A stretch of DNA of 64,000 nucleotides from an uncultured bacterium (GTDB lineage: Bacteria > Chloroflexota > UBA5177 > JANWHV01). Location of the stretch: contig CAWHAE010000012.1 of the NCBI GenBank assembly GCA_963827235.1, positions 960,001-1,024,000 of the forward strand, in the 5' to 3' direction. Each line of letters starts with the position of its first letter. Positions within the stretch are counted from its first letter, which is position 1. The notes below the pieces were generated by a model that was not told the origin of the DNA, ran no database searches, and worked only from the letters and a program-made list of their open reading frames with translations. Position numbers and translations under genes: made by a program. This document shows positions 9,979 through 20,167 of the stretch, piece after piece.

Positions 9979-12396
9979 ATGCTGGCGCGCTCGGTTGCCC
10001 TCTCATGCTGGTTGGCCGCTCTGCTTCCACTGTTTGCCCCCGCGCCGACCTCGGCGAGCACCGGGGCGCTGCCACAGGCGCTCGTCGGCAGTTGGTCGAA
10101 CGGCAGTGTCTCCCTCGTCACGTACCAGAACGTGGCAACGGGAGAGTTTGCCCCGGCCAGCGGCACCGGCGAGCTCTACACTGTCTCAGCCAACGGTCAC
10201 TATATCTGGGCGCACGTGCAGCAGGTATCGCTCTACAGCTGCACCAGTCTGATCTTCTCGGCGAGCGAAGGCACGGCGACAGCCGGCAAGGCCAGCATGG
10301 TGCTCACCCCCAGCAAGAACACGGAGATAGGACGATTCTCCTGCCAGACAGGGAGAAACTACGTGCGGCAGCATCCATTGACCCGCCAGACCTATGGCTG
10401 GAAGCAAGACACGTATCAGCGCGGGACGAAGCTCTGCCTGCTGCAACCGGTGGCCAGGGCAAAGCCGGATTGTTTGTGGCTCGACGGCAAGCTGCCAGCG
10501 ACGGCGACGACGGTGCAGACGGGCAGCGGGAGCGCCGCGTGGAAGAGTCGCGCCTCGGGCACCAAGGACGACTTCGCCGGCGCCAGCTGCGGTGGGGGCT
10601 ACTGCCTGGCGGCCGGCTACAGGTGGGACATCGACGCCGAGCGAGGAGAGACGTCGCTGGTAAGCAGCGCGGACGGCGGCGCAACCTGGACGAGCCAGGT
10701 GCATGCGAACAGCCTAGGCAGGCTGCAAGGCGTGAGCTGCGTGGGCGCAGGCCGGTGCGTGCTGGTGGGCAAAGGCACGGTCTGGACCACCGACCAGGAC
10801 AACGCGGGCTGGGTCAGCGACGCCTTTGCTGCCGGCGAGGAGACCTTTCACGGCATCGGCTGCGCGGGGACGGCCTTGTGCGTGGCCGTGGGCGAGGACG
10901 GGGCAGTGCTCACAACCGCCAACGGCGGCATCAGCTGGACGGGCCGGACGCCGGGCACGCTGCACACGCTCAACGCTGTGAGTTGTCCCAGCAGCGGCCT
11001 GTGCGTGGCCGTGGGCGACGAGGGAACCATCATCACCACCGTGGACGGGGGGATGACCTGGACGAGCCGGACCGCCGGCGTTGAAAACGACCTGGCCGCC
11101 GTAGCCTGCCCAAGCACGAGCCTGTGCCTGGCCGGGGGCGCCGACAACGTCGTGTTGGCCAGCACCGATGGCGGCGCAACGTGGAGCGAGCACAGCCTGC
11201 CTCCTGGCGTCTGGCTGAAGAGCATCGCCTGTCCGAGCACCAGTATGTGTCTGGCCGGCTACGCCGGCACCATGGTAGCCAGCAGCGACGGTGGTACCAC
11301 CTGGACCAAGCGCACGCCGCCTGCCGACGATCTGACCGCGATCACGTGCCCGAGCAGTACAGCCTGTCTGGCCGTGGGCCAGGGAGGGTCGGTCTTCACC
11401 AGCGCGGACGGAGGCAATACGTGGAACAGCCATAGCATGGGTACGCAGAGCCTCTACGGTGTCACCTGTCCGACGCAAAGCCAGTGCCTGGCTGCAGGGA
11501 CGAACGGCACCATTCTCGGCAGCTCGGATGGCGGCGCCACGTGGACCAGCCGGGCGTCGGGCACGAGCGACAACCTGTGGGGGATAGCCTGCCCGAGCAC
11601 GAGTGACTGCCTGGTCGGCAGCATGCACGGCGTGTTGACCAGCACCGACGGCGGCGCGAGCTGGTCGAGCGGGACCAAGGGGCTGGCTGCCACGCTCTAC
11701 GGGGTGAGTTGCCCGAACGCGAGCACGTGTGTCGCCGTGGGGAACAGCATAGACGCGGCCACGGACAACAGCATCGGTGCGATCCTGACGAGCGCGGATG
11801 GCGGTGCCAGCTGGACCAGCCGGAGGCTGGGCACCACCAAGACGCTCGAGGCCGTGAGCTGCGCACGCCCGGGCGTCTGCGTAGCGGCGGGCGATAACGG
11901 GACGGTGCTGACCAGCAGCGACGGCGGGGCAAGCTGGACGATCCGGCAGTCAGGCAGCACCGCGTACTCGCTCTACGGGGTGAGCTGCCCGGGCAGCAGC
12001 TTCTGCGTGGCCGTTGGCGGTGGGGCGTTCGACGGGGTGATCGTGACGAGCAAGGACGGCGGGTCGAGCTGGACGAGCTACAACTCCGGCTTCGACAGCC
12101 TGCTCAGCGGCACCTTCTCGCCGGTGGGGACGATCACGGAGCTCACCCTCAGGTGCGCGACCGGCTCCCTGTGCAGCGGCGAGGCGCTGCGAAGCGTGAG
12201 CTGCCCGAGCGCCAGTTTCTGCGCTGCCGTAGGTGACCAGGGCACGATTCTGACGACCGCGGACGCGGGAACGACCTGGACGGGCCAGGTCGCGGCCGGC
12301 GGCAGTGCCACGGTGCAGTTGACTGGTGTGAGCTGTGCCACCGTGCGTGCTTGCGTGGCAGTGGGTCAGGGAGGCGAGCTCCTGCGCATGAGCTGA
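9979..12396 (+). CDS. Secreted YCF48/BNR(Asp-box)-like double beta-propeller with Cys-paired blades and an extra N-terminal beta domain
   Basis: GGGAGG RBS and signal peptide. 14 repeats of L..VSCPS...C.AVG..G..LTS.DGG.[TS]W. Confidence 0.85.
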   Translation: MLARSVALSCWLAALLPLFAPAPTSASTGALPQALVGSWSNGSVSLVTYQNVATGEFAPASGTGELYTVSANGHYIWAHVQQVSLYSCTSLIFSASEGTATAGKASMVLTPSKNTEIGRFSCQTGRNYVRQHPLTRQTYGWKQDTYQRGTKLCLLQPVARAKPDCLWLDGKLPATATTVQTGSGSAAWKSRASGTKDDFAGASCGGGYCLAAGYRWDIDAERGETSLVSSADGGATWTSQVHANSLGRLQGVSCVGAGRCVLVGKGTVWTTDQDNAGWVSDAFAAGEETFHGIGCAGTALCVAVGEDGAVLTTANGGISWTGRTPGTLHTLNAVSCPSSGLCVAVGDEGTIITTVDGGMTWTSRTAGVENDLAAVACPSTSLCLAGGADNVVLASTDGGATWSEHSLPPGVWLKSIACPSTSMCLAGYAGTMVASSDGGTTWTKRTPPADDLTAITCPSSTACLAVGQGGSVFTSADGGNTWNSHSMGTQSLYGVTCPTQSQCLAAGTNGTILGSSDGGATWTSRASGTSDNLWGIACPSTSDCLVGSMHGVLTSTDGGASWSSGTKGLAATLYGVSCPNASTCVAVGNSIDAATDNSIGAILTSADGGASWTSRRLGTTKTLEAVSCARPGVCVAAGDNGTVLTSSDGGASWTIRQSGSTAYSLYGVSCPGSSFCVAVGGGAFDGVIVTSKDGGSSWTSYNSGFDSLLSGTFSPVGTITELTLRCATGSLCSGEALRSVSCPSASFCAAVGDQGTILTTADAGTTWTGQVAAGGSATVQLTGVSCATVRACVAVGQGGELLRMS

Positions 12397-13127
12397 CAGG
12401 CGCCGCCGATCTCGCTTGCGAATTCCGGCCTGGAGGTCCTGAGCGATGCTCCTCCCGAGCGGCGGGCCGTGTCCGCTACCGCCATATCTCCGATCGCCAA
12501 CCGCTCGGCTGCCCGTTTGATGCCGGTCACTGGACGCACGATGCGATCGGCGAGGAACGGGACGAGCGTAACAACGCCCAGGAAGGTGTTCCCCTGCAAC
12601 ACCGGCGCCGTCACGCCGAACATATCGACGTTCGAGCCACCGTCGTCAAAGAAGGGCTCGGCGATAGAGGGCCGACGCGTCTGCTTGGGCCCGGAATACC
12701 GGGTCTAACCGGGATCGTGACAGTTGTAGAAGGCGTCCGTGAGATTGGGCCAGCCCGCGAGAGAGAGATCCCACGTCTGACCGCCATCCGCGGTACGCAG
12801 AATGTGGAACGCGGACGCCGTGCCGGCGATGCAGGTGTTGATGGTGGAGCAGGCGAGACCCCAGGGACCCGGATCGGCGCCCGCAAGCAGCGACTTCCAG
12901 GTGCTTCCGCCGTTGCGCGTCCCGACGACTGTGCCCTGCGCTGCCGTGGCGCAGCAGACCCGGCGGCTGGGACAGGCGATCACGTATATCTCGCTGCCGG
13001 TCTGGCTGTCGACCGCGACCCACCCGGCGGACGACGAAGCGGAGGTCGCCGCCACACTCGGTGCGTCCAACACAGCCACAAGCAACGGCAGGAAAAGGAG
13101 CAGGACTGCCCGGAGATGTGCGACCAT
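12366..13127 (-). pseudogene. Chimeric relic: signal peptide plus two Cys-BNR blades fused to Cache-like and HAMP fragments, with an in-frame TAG
   Basis: IACPSRRVCCA...RNGGSTW and LACSTINTC...TADGGQTW. After TAG 12705-12707 the same frame reads TRYSGPKQTRRPSIAEPFFDDGGSNVDMFGVTAPV..GVVT (Cache-like), then RIVRPVTGIKRAAERLAIGD (HAMP-like). Confidence 0.6.
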
Positions 13128-13501
13128 ACGTCATACCCTTCCGGGGCCGACAGCGAACCGGGTCCGGCCGCAGGTTACGACCATGTGCCCAGCATAGCAA
13201 GCACGACCGCCCCACCGCACGCGTGGAAGAAGGCGATCAGCGCGGATCGACAAGATTTAACGCTGTCTTCATCGGCAGTTAACATGCCGACGCCGCACAT
13301 TCTCATTGCTATGCACCGAACCGGACCGTGAGCAGCCCATGCGGCAGCGGCTCGAATCGAGGCACACCGATGCCGACCACAGGCGCCGGCCATCCAGGGA
13401 TGCTCCGGAGCTTGCTGCCGTGAACCGCCGCGGGGGAGCTCGCTCCACCATCGAGTCGTCGCCCGGGATGCCCTACGCCTAGAAAGCAGCAGCACCTCTC
13501 A

Positions 13502-13673
13502 GCGGACGAGCGCGCTGGGCTCGTCTCACCGCGTTCCACAAGACAGCGCGACATAGCACAAGATCGGCCAAGCTCATCAGAGGAAGCGTCGCGCCGCTCC
13601 TGCAACAACGGTGCAAGATAGCCCGCGTATGCTGGCTCTGTGTCGACGACTACCCACTGGAGTTGCGTCTGGC
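13502..13673 (+). repeat. ~170-bp non-coding duplicated promoter element, copy A (phased-repeat promoter copy 2)
   Basis: Aligns with 16109-16280 (shared GCGTTCCACAAGACAGCGC, TAGCACAAGAT, GCAACAACGGTGCAAGATAGCCCGC, ATGCTGGCTCTGTG). -10 TATGCT at 13628. Confidence 0.85.
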
Positions 13674-13699
13674 TGCGCTCGCACTCTACCCGGCCGGCG

Positions 13700-13915
13700 T
13701 GCCCGGTGGGGCAACTGCGTTCTGCATGCGGGACAGGATGCCGCGTGTGGGCAGAATGGGCGCCAACGTGCACAGTACTGGCGGGGCGAGCTGGCACAGC
13801 GTGGGCTCCGAAGGGACAGCCACTCGAGCGGCTGCAACCGCCCCAGCAGCAGTGGGCACCTGGCCGTGCGCGAGGTCGGCACGATCCTGGCCGCGACGGG
13901 CGGCGGCGACCACAG
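13700..13915 (+). pseudogene. Degenerate fragment of another Cys-BNR repeat gene
   Basis: Different frames give VGRMGANVHSTGGASWHSVGS and RPSSSGHLAVREVGTILAATGGG, which are eroded versions of the blade consensus. Confidence 0.45.
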
Positions 13916-14116
13916 GCTCCAGACGAACTTGGGCCGAGTGCGTTGGGGGTCACGCTGATGCAGCCACGGCGCCCCCACGAAGATCGACGGCGGAATCCAC
14001 CGATGAGTGCGGAGGTTGAGCATGATACCCCGCGTCCGTCCGTTCTCGCCGCCGCGCGCTGCAAGGCTGCCCGGGTAGTAGGTATGGAAATGGTGTCACC
14101 ATCGGGGAGGTTGAGC

Positions 14117-16048
14117 ATGTTACGGCGTTTCCCACTCCTGGCGTGTCTCGCGATCGGCCTGATTCCTGCGTTCGCCTTTGTGCAGCCGACCGCGGCAGCC
14201 GGAGGCCGGGCCTGGACCTGGCAGAATCCGCTGCCGCAGGGTAGCACGCTTCGCGCGGTGGTCTGTAGCACCGGTCGCTGCGCGGCCGTCGGCGACGGCG
14301 GAGCGTCGCTCACCTCCACTGACGGGGGTCGCACCTGGACCGTCCAGGCCGGAACGGGCATGGCCTCGCCCCGGGCGCTGGCCTGCCCCACCCCGGAAGT
14401 CTGTGTCGCCGTAGGCACAAAGGGGACCATCCGCACTACCACGAACGGCGGCCGCACCTGGCATCGGCGCCATTCCGGCACCTCGAGGGACCTGGAGGCC
14501 GTGAGCTGCTCGTCGCTCTCAGCGTGCGCGGCAGTGGGCCTGGACGGTGCCGTAGCTACTACCGCAGACGGCGGCACGCGCTGGAGCGATCACAGCGTGG
14601 ATTCGACGATGAGCCTGTGGGGCGTGAGCTGCCCGACCGCGACGGCGTGCTTCGTCGCGGGCAACGTCGTCAGCCCGGGCACCAAGTACACCGTGCCGCT
14701 CGTCATGACCAGCGTGAATGGCGGCACGACCTGGACGTCCGGCCACGCCGCGCCGCACGGCTCGCTCGGAGCCGTTTCCTGCTGGAGCGCCACCGACTGT
14801 TTGGTCGCCGGCTCACAGGACGCGACCGCGTGGACGTCGGATGGCGGCGCAACCTGGTCGAAGGCCGGCGCTGACCAGCAGGCGAGCACCCTCCTGACGC
14901 AGCTGAGCTGCCCGGGATCCGGCGAGTGCGTGGCAGTTGGCATGACGCCTCTTACCGGGAAGATTCCTGGGAACCAGTGGGTGGGCGACGTGTACTATAC
15001 GGACGTTGACCATCTGATCGAGCGCACCCACGACGGCGGCAGGACCTGGCGGCACGTCTACTCGAACTACCCTAACTGGCCGAAGCCGCCCCTCGCCGTC
15101 AGCTGCCCGACCGAAAGCCGCTGCGTGGGTGTGGGCGTCTACGGGATCGTGGAGACCAGTGCCGACGGCGGCGCCGAGTGGGTCCGACAGGGGTCGGGCC
15201 CACTCGGTGATCTCAAAGGCATCGCCTGCCCTAGCAGCACGACCTGCTATGCCGTGGGCGACGGTGCCGCTCTCTCGAGCACGGACGGCGGCGCGACTTG
15301 GGTGGCCCTGGCCGCAACCGGCCTGAACGTGACAGTGTCGGGCATCGTCTGCACCAGCACCAGCACCTGTCTTGAAACTGGTGGTGGCGATACACGACGT
15401 ACTGTTGACAGCGGCAAGGCGTGGGCACAGGTGAAAGGGGGTCAATGGATTGGGAGCATCGCCTGTCCCACGCCCACCGCCTGTGTCGGGGTCGGCGGCA
15501 CCGAAGGGAACAGAGAAGGAGACATCTACACGAGCGCGGACGGAGGCGCTACCTGGACCCAAGCGAAGGCCAAGCTGTCCCGCGAGCTGACCGCCGTGGC
15601 CTGCCCTGCCGCCGCGGTCTGCGTGGCGATCGGCTACCACGGCGACATCCTGACGACCGGCGATGGCGGCGCCACGTGGCACAGCCGCCGGTCGGGCGTG
15701 AGCGCTCAGTTGCACGGCGTGGCCTGCCCGAGCGCGACAGCCTGCTTTGCGGTGGGCGACCACGGCACCCTGCTGCACACGAGCGACGGCGGTGCCACCT
15801 GGAGCGCACGCGTGCTGGGCAGCCGCGGGCACGACCTCCTGGCGATCGGCTGCACGAGCGATACCTCCTGTTTCGTGACCGGCAGCAGCGGCAGCCCGCT
15901 CTATGCCACAGCAAACGGCGGCAGTACGTGGACATCCGAAGAGACGGCAGACGCCGGAGCGCTGAACGCCATCGCCTGCGCGACTGCAACCCGGTGTTTC
16001 GTTGCCGGCGACGGAGGCGCGATCCTGGCGTCGATCAGCGGAAGCTAG
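14117..16048 (+). CDS. Secreted YCF48/BNR-like double beta-propeller with Cys-paired blades
   Basis: GGGGAGG RBS. Signal peptide MLRRFPLLACLAIGLIPAFAFVQPTAAA, WTWQNPLPQG..L start motif and 14 Cys-pair repeats. Confidence 0.87.
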   Translation: MLRRFPLLACLAIGLIPAFAFVQPTAAAGGRAWTWQNPLPQGSTLRAVVCSTGRCAAVGDGGASLTSTDGGRTWTVQAGTGMASPRALACPTPEVCVAVGTKGTIRTTTNGGRTWHRRHSGTSRDLEAVSCSSLSACAAVGLDGAVATTADGGTRWSDHSVDSTMSLWGVSCPTATACFVAGNVVSPGTKYTVPLVMTSVNGGTTWTSGHAAPHGSLGAVSCWSATDCLVAGSQDATAWTSDGGATWSKAGADQQASTLLTQLSCPGSGECVAVGMTPLTGKIPGNQWVGDVYYTDVDHLIERTHDGGRTWRHVYSNYPNWPKPPLAVSCPTESRCVGVGVYGIVETSADGGAEWVRQGSGPLGDLKGIACPSSTTCYAVGDGAALSSTDGGATWVALAATGLNVTVSGIVCTSTSTCLETGGGDTRRTVDSGKAWAQVKGGQWIGSIACPTPTACVGVGGTEGNREGDIYTSADGGATWTQAKAKLSRELTAVACPAAAVCVAIGYHGDILTTGDGGATWHSRRSGVSAQLHGVACPSATACFAVGDHGTLLHTSDGGATWSARVLGSRGHDLLAIGCTSDTSCFVTGSSGSPLYATANGGSTWTSEETADAGALNAIACATATRCFVAGDGGAILASISGS

Positions 16049-16108
16049 CTGCAGATGCGACGAAGCAGCGCCATTCCAGATCAATGTCGTGCACGCGTGA
16101 CGCGAGTG

Positions 16109-16280
16109 GCGGAGGAGCGCGCCGGGCTGGCCTTGTCGCGTTCCACAAGACAGCGCCGGCTTAGCACAAGATGAGCCAAGCCCCTCAGAGAAAGTGTCGC
16201 GCCGCCGCCGCAACAACGGTGCAAGATAGCCCGCACATGCTGGCTCTGTGCCGACGACCATCCGCTGGGTTTGCGCCGGC
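16109..16280 (+). repeat. ~170-bp duplicated promoter element, copy B (phased-repeat promoter copy 3)
   Basis: Homologous to 13502-13673. TGCAAGA 16220, N9, then CATGCT 16236; lies upstream of the LCCL gene. Confidence 0.85.
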
Positions 16281-16326
16281 GGTGGAGCGACCTGCCTCGG
16301 CGTGCACGATCCGGGAGTAAAAAGAC

Positions 16327-16845
16327 ATGAGTACGCGGCGAGCAAGGCGAGCACGAGTGGCCTGCAGTGCCCCCGTAACGCTGTGCTTGAGCCTGGTGCC
16401 CGCGGTGGGCGGATTGCCGGCGCAGCCGGTCTGGCCGGCCCTGGCGGCGGTGAGCGCGGTTGCCGTCCCCACCATTATCAGCGGGGACTCCTGGGACGCG
16501 GACGCGTCGAACCTGGGTGCCGCCGGCGACATCGGCAAGACCTTCACCTTCATCTGCCCCGCTACCGACGACTCGCCGGGCTCGTTCTCCGTGGAAGGCG
16601 CGACCACCTACTACGCGAACTCCGACGTGTGCGCGGCGGCGGTGCACGCGGGTGTGCTCGGCGGTACTAAGCTGGGCGATATCGTAACAATATCGCTGCA
16701 GCAGGGCCAGCCAAACGGCCTCACCGGCTCCTCTGCCCATGGCATAACGAGCGACGTCTGCGCCAGCTGCACCGACACGACTTTCACCGTGCAGGCGAGC
16801 GACGGCGGGACAGCGGCCGGGCAGCCCACCCTGCCCCTGGGCTGA
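16327..16845 (+). CDS. Secreted LCCL-domain protein, probably 3'-truncated by the IS remnant
   Basis: FTFICP....V.G...Y...SDVCAAAVHAGVL...GSSAHGITS LCCL motif. Its TGA (16843-16845) lies inside the IS inverted repeat. Confidence 0.78.
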   Translation: MSTRRARRARVACSAPVTLCLSLVPAVGGLPAQPVWPALAAVSAVAVPTIISGDSWDADASNLGAAGDIGKTFTFICPATDDSPGSFSVEGATTYYANSDVCAAAVHAGVLGGTKLGDIVTISLQQGQPNGLTGSSAHGITSDVCASCTDTTFTVQASDGGTAAGQPTLPLG

Positions 16846-17146
16846 TCCTTACCACTTTTCCTCTCCTGAGAGGACGGAGTGAAGACTTGGAACATGTAGG
16901 TCATGTCGACCAGGCGGCCCAGGCCCCGCCAGAGGACGAGGACGCCGGGCTCCCCATCGAGCTTGCGGCCCACAAAGCCGCCCAGTTCGGCCAACCAGCG
17001 GTACGCCTGGTCCAGGCTCGGTGGGGCGTTAGGGGGCGTCGGCGTGCGGTGCACGGCACAGTACAGGTCCTGCCACCTGCCGGTCCCGATCCTCCCTGCA
17101 GCCTAGCACACCCACACCGAACACCCTATTTGTAAGTAAGGATCAG
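16842..17146 (-). mobile_element. Internally deleted IS4-family (IS50/Tn5 group) element, MITE-like, 305 bp
   Basis: Terminal inverted repeats CTGATCCTTAC (16842) and GTAAGGATCAG (17136-17146). The minus strand encodes only the Tn5-type dimerisation tail AYRWLAELGGFVGRKLDGEPGVLVLWRGL. No clear target-site duplication. Confidence 0.85.
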
Positions 17147-17309
17147 GGCTGAAGCCACGGGCATCAGGCCCGCAGCCAAGGGCGAATGGCCGCATTTCCT
17201 ACTTTACTGAACGGTATTGCGTCTAGTTCCACCGCGGCGTTGCCCGCCCGAGGAGCACCGCCTGTCGGGCCGCGGGGGCCAACGCCAGAATCTCGAGGGC
17301 CGCCGACGG

Positions 17310-18192
17310 CTAGGCTCGAGCCTTCCTTGTGCCGTGCCATGTGCCGCTGTTGCCGTTCGAGTCGGTCCACGTACCGGCCCAGCTCGCGCTCCCGTCGGGG
17401 TGAAACGTGATCGTTCCCCGATTGTGCGACACGTAGCCGCCGCCACTGATCGTCGCGAGCATCGTGCCGCCGTGCAGCTCGCCCGCTACCGATAGCTGCC
17501 CGTCGGTCCCTGAGAATGCACCGGTGATTGGGTCATAGAAGTTGATCACTATCGGGTTGCTGAATCTCCGTCCCTTCAGCGGGCCGGCCGTGACCAGCGT
17601 ATACGTGTCACTCCATGCGCCGACCGGCGAGCTCGTGGACAAACCCCATGCCGAATCCAGCTTGGTCTCATCCGCGGTCAGGCGCGCTTCGGCGTCCTCG
17701 GCATTGGCAATGTCCGCGTACACGCCCGGAATATGCTTGATGGTCCCCCCAAGATACTGCTGCAGGAGGACCCCCATGTCGATCGAGTTGTCGAGCAGGC
17801 GCCGCATCTGGAAGACCAGGTCGACCACGGTGTCGTTCGCCCTCAAGACCGATGGCAGGGCGGCGCGGATCGACGTCGCTGTGCTTCCGAATCGAATCCA
17901 TGGCGTGCAACGCTACCTGGCACCCAGCAATCATCGGGCCGAGCGCGGCCTTGACAGCCGCTACATCGCCCTCTCCCGCACGCAGGCTTTTCAGCTCCGG
18001 GCCGAGAATCTCCAGGTCACTGATGCATCGCTCTACAGGCGCACGTATGGGCGTCACGGTCGCACGAAAGGCAGCGACCTGTTGAGCGACCGTCGGGATC
18101 GCCGCGGCACGGCCCTCGACAACTCCCGGTGCCACGCTCAGCAGCGCGCTCGCGACCCCAAGGAGCACGGCAGCGCGGATCCTGTTGATCAT
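17310..18192 (-). pseudogene. Secreted hypothetical protein split by a +1 frameshift near 17850-17900
   Basis: GGAGG RBS and signal peptide MINRIRAAVLLGVASALLSVA. Protein-like sequence continues in the next frame (LRANDTVVDLVFQMRRLL...GTWTDSNGNSGTWHGTR). Confidence 0.6.
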
Positions 18193-18401
18193 CCTGTGCA
18201 CCTCCCGGTGGTCTGCAGGGATCGGGCTCTCGGCGCAGGCTGGTGCCGAAAGGAATCGTCCCGGGTAGCAGTCTAGCACGCATCGGCTGTGGCCGCTAGA
18301 GACTGCAGTGTTGGCACAGCGCGGTCAAAGACGTGCGGCAAGGAAAGGCCGTGGACCGGTCAATCCCCGGCCGGAGGTGCTCCTGCGTCGATGCCCATCA
18401 C

Positions 18402-19217
18402 CTATCCGGCAACCTTGAGGCAGACCGCATAAGGCGTCAGCGTGGGAAAATCGGGACCGGCCGGTCCCTTCACGGTGATGTCCCACTCGGTTGCCGGAGC
18501 GGACGAAGCGCTCACGGGGAACGATCGCAGATTCCCGGACTGCAGGACTATGACGTCTGATGCCGCGCCGGGCAGTATGCTCAGGGGAGTCTGGCTGTTG
18601 GAGAAGCCGCCCGAGACCGCAGCCTCGCCGTTTGGGCAGATCGCGCTCAGGTTCGCAAGCTGGAAGGAGCTGCTGAACGCCACGGTGGCGCCAAGCTGGA
18701 GCAGATAGCCTGGACTACCTGCCGATCCTGGATCTCCCTTCTGGCCCTGTGGGCCCACAGGGCCCGCCGAACCTTGTGGTCCCTGCGGACCGGTTTTGCC
18801 CGCAGGACCCTGTGGACCGGTGTTGCCCCGCGCTCCGGCCGGGCCGGTCTGGTTCCACGTCAGGGCGGTCTCGGTGGCGGCGCAGTGTTGCTGCTTGCCG
18901 GTGTCGATTACCCGGAGTATTTTGTTGCCATTCTTGCCGTAGCACGCATGAATCACGCCGGAGTGATCGGGGATGCTGGCAAGCACGCTTGCCAGCCCGG
19001 AGTCGACCGGGCTGTTCGTGAACGGGTTCGCGGCGAGCCCGAGCGCTACCAAGCAGACGACAAGTGCTGCTCGCGCGAGACGCGCCCAGCGCGCTCCAGT
19101 GGATGAAGCAGCTTGACGACGGCGCAACGCGAGCACCTCCGATTCGAGGGCCGCGATTCTCAACTCGAGCCTGGCCGCAGTGCGATCATCGGCCTGCACG
19201 TTGGGTTCCATTGGCAT
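18402..19217 (-). CDS. Collagen-like (Gly-X-Y) exported protein with an N-terminal coiled coil
   Basis: [19 protein letters not shown], a hydrophobic segment and an IPD..GVIHACY...LRVID....C...E..LTWNQTGP domain. Then about 15 GXY triplets and a C-terminal CPNG...VSGGF...YAVC domain. Confidence 0.82.
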   Translation of the reverse strand: MPMEPNVQADDRTAARLELRIAALESEVLALRRRQAASSTGARWARLARAALVVCLVALGLAANPFTNSPVDSGLASVLASIPDHSGVIHACYGKNGNKILRVIDTGKQQHCAATETALTWNQTGPAGARGNTGPQGPAGKTGPQGPQGSAGPVGPQGQKGDPGSAGSPGYLLQLGATVAFSSSFQLANLSAICPNGEAAVSGGFSNSQTPLSILPGAASDVIVLQSGNLRSFPVSASSAPATEWDITVKGPAGPDFPTLTPYAVCLKVAG

Positions 19218-19258
19218 ACTTCCTTCCTGCACCTTCCAGCTCAGAGCAGCCTGCTCGT

Positions 19259-20089
19259 TCAGGATCGCGTTGGGAATACCCCTTGCAGCGCGATGATAAA
19301 GTTCACACAGGTATATGGCTGGACATTGGCATGCGGCTGGCTGCTGCCGGCAGTGCCTATAGCTCGCGGGTCCATGGTCGTGTCGGGTGCATTGGCGTCG
19401 TAGACCGTCGTCACCCCCTGTGACTCCGCGGCCCAAACGGCGCCCTTTGGCGATCGCTGCTGCTGTGAGTCGCCTGCGGTGCTGAGGCAGTTAGCCGGGT
19501 GGGTATGTGTCGGCAACTGGTTAGTGGTCAGCGTTACCTGCTCCGAGCCGCCAGTCTGACCAAGGCTATATGAGGAGAGCCCGGCACCCTGACCTGGATG
19601 AACTGGTACTCGACCGCGCAGGTCAGGGAGTGCAAACGTCGACTTGCCATCGCCGCCATAGGTAGTGCCAAGAATCGAAAACAGCGCCGTGTTCTGCGAT
19701 ATGGGGAGTAGCTGGCCGTTGCACAGGGCCCAGCCGGCCGGAGCGAAGTTGCCGCAAAAGAGCGCCAGCTCACCCAACAAAGGTTCCGCTTGCGCCAGGG
19801 CATGGCCCGGGCGAGCAACGGTTGCCGCGGCAGCTCCGGCCGCCCCCAGCACGCCGGCCTTTAGCAACCGCAACCGAGAGACTCGCCGCATCATGCCGTT
19901 CGGGCCTTGAGACAGGTTGCCGGTGGCCACGGCGCTGCTCTGCACGGCCGCGTTAGCGCGCAGAGCTTGAATCTCTGTCCGCAGATCCCGTATCTCCGCC
20001 TGCTGTGCCTGCAGGGCGGCGAGGACCGCGGCCATATCAGGGCCCGTAGGTCCGTCAGAAGGCGACTCGACGGCTTTGGTTGGCTCCAT
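19259..20089 (-). CDS. Phage tail-collar domain (MdpB-like) protein with an N-terminal coiled coil and Tat-like signal
   Basis: [61 protein letters not shown]...HTH...[11 protein letters not shown], preceded by [22 protein letters not shown]...ALA. Confidence 0.9.
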   Translation of the reverse strand: MEPTKAVESPSDGPTGPDMAAVLAALQAQQAEIRDLRTEIQALRANAAVQSSAVATGNLSQGPNGMMRRVSRLRLLKAGVLGAAGAAAATVARPGHALAQAEPLLGELALFCGNFAPAGWALCNGQLLPISQNTALFSILGTTYGGDGKSTFALPDLRGRVPVHPGQGAGLSSYSLGQTGGSEQVTLTTNQLPTHTHPANCLSTAGDSQQQRSPKGAVWAAESQGVTTVYDANAPDTTMDPRAIGTAGSSQPHANVQPYTCVNFIIALQGVFPTRS

Positions 20090-20167
20090 AACACTTCCCC
20101 TTCTCGCCACTCGACCGGCAGGTTGCTCACCGGAGAATCACCTGCCTGCGCGGACATTCTCCTGACC

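Noticed and set aside
12705-12707. In-frame TAG as pyrrolysine or programmed read-through
   Set aside because: The surrounding sequence is eroded and internally deleted and no pyl genes are seen; a pseudogene is simpler.
13640-14116. N-terminal extension of the 802-aa ORF
   Set aside because: RBS and signal peptide place the start at 14117; the upstream part is promoter and pseudogene sequence.
18402-20089. Prophage or tailocin
   Set aside because: No capsid, terminase, sheath, baseplate or integrase genes, and both proteins carry export-type leaders.
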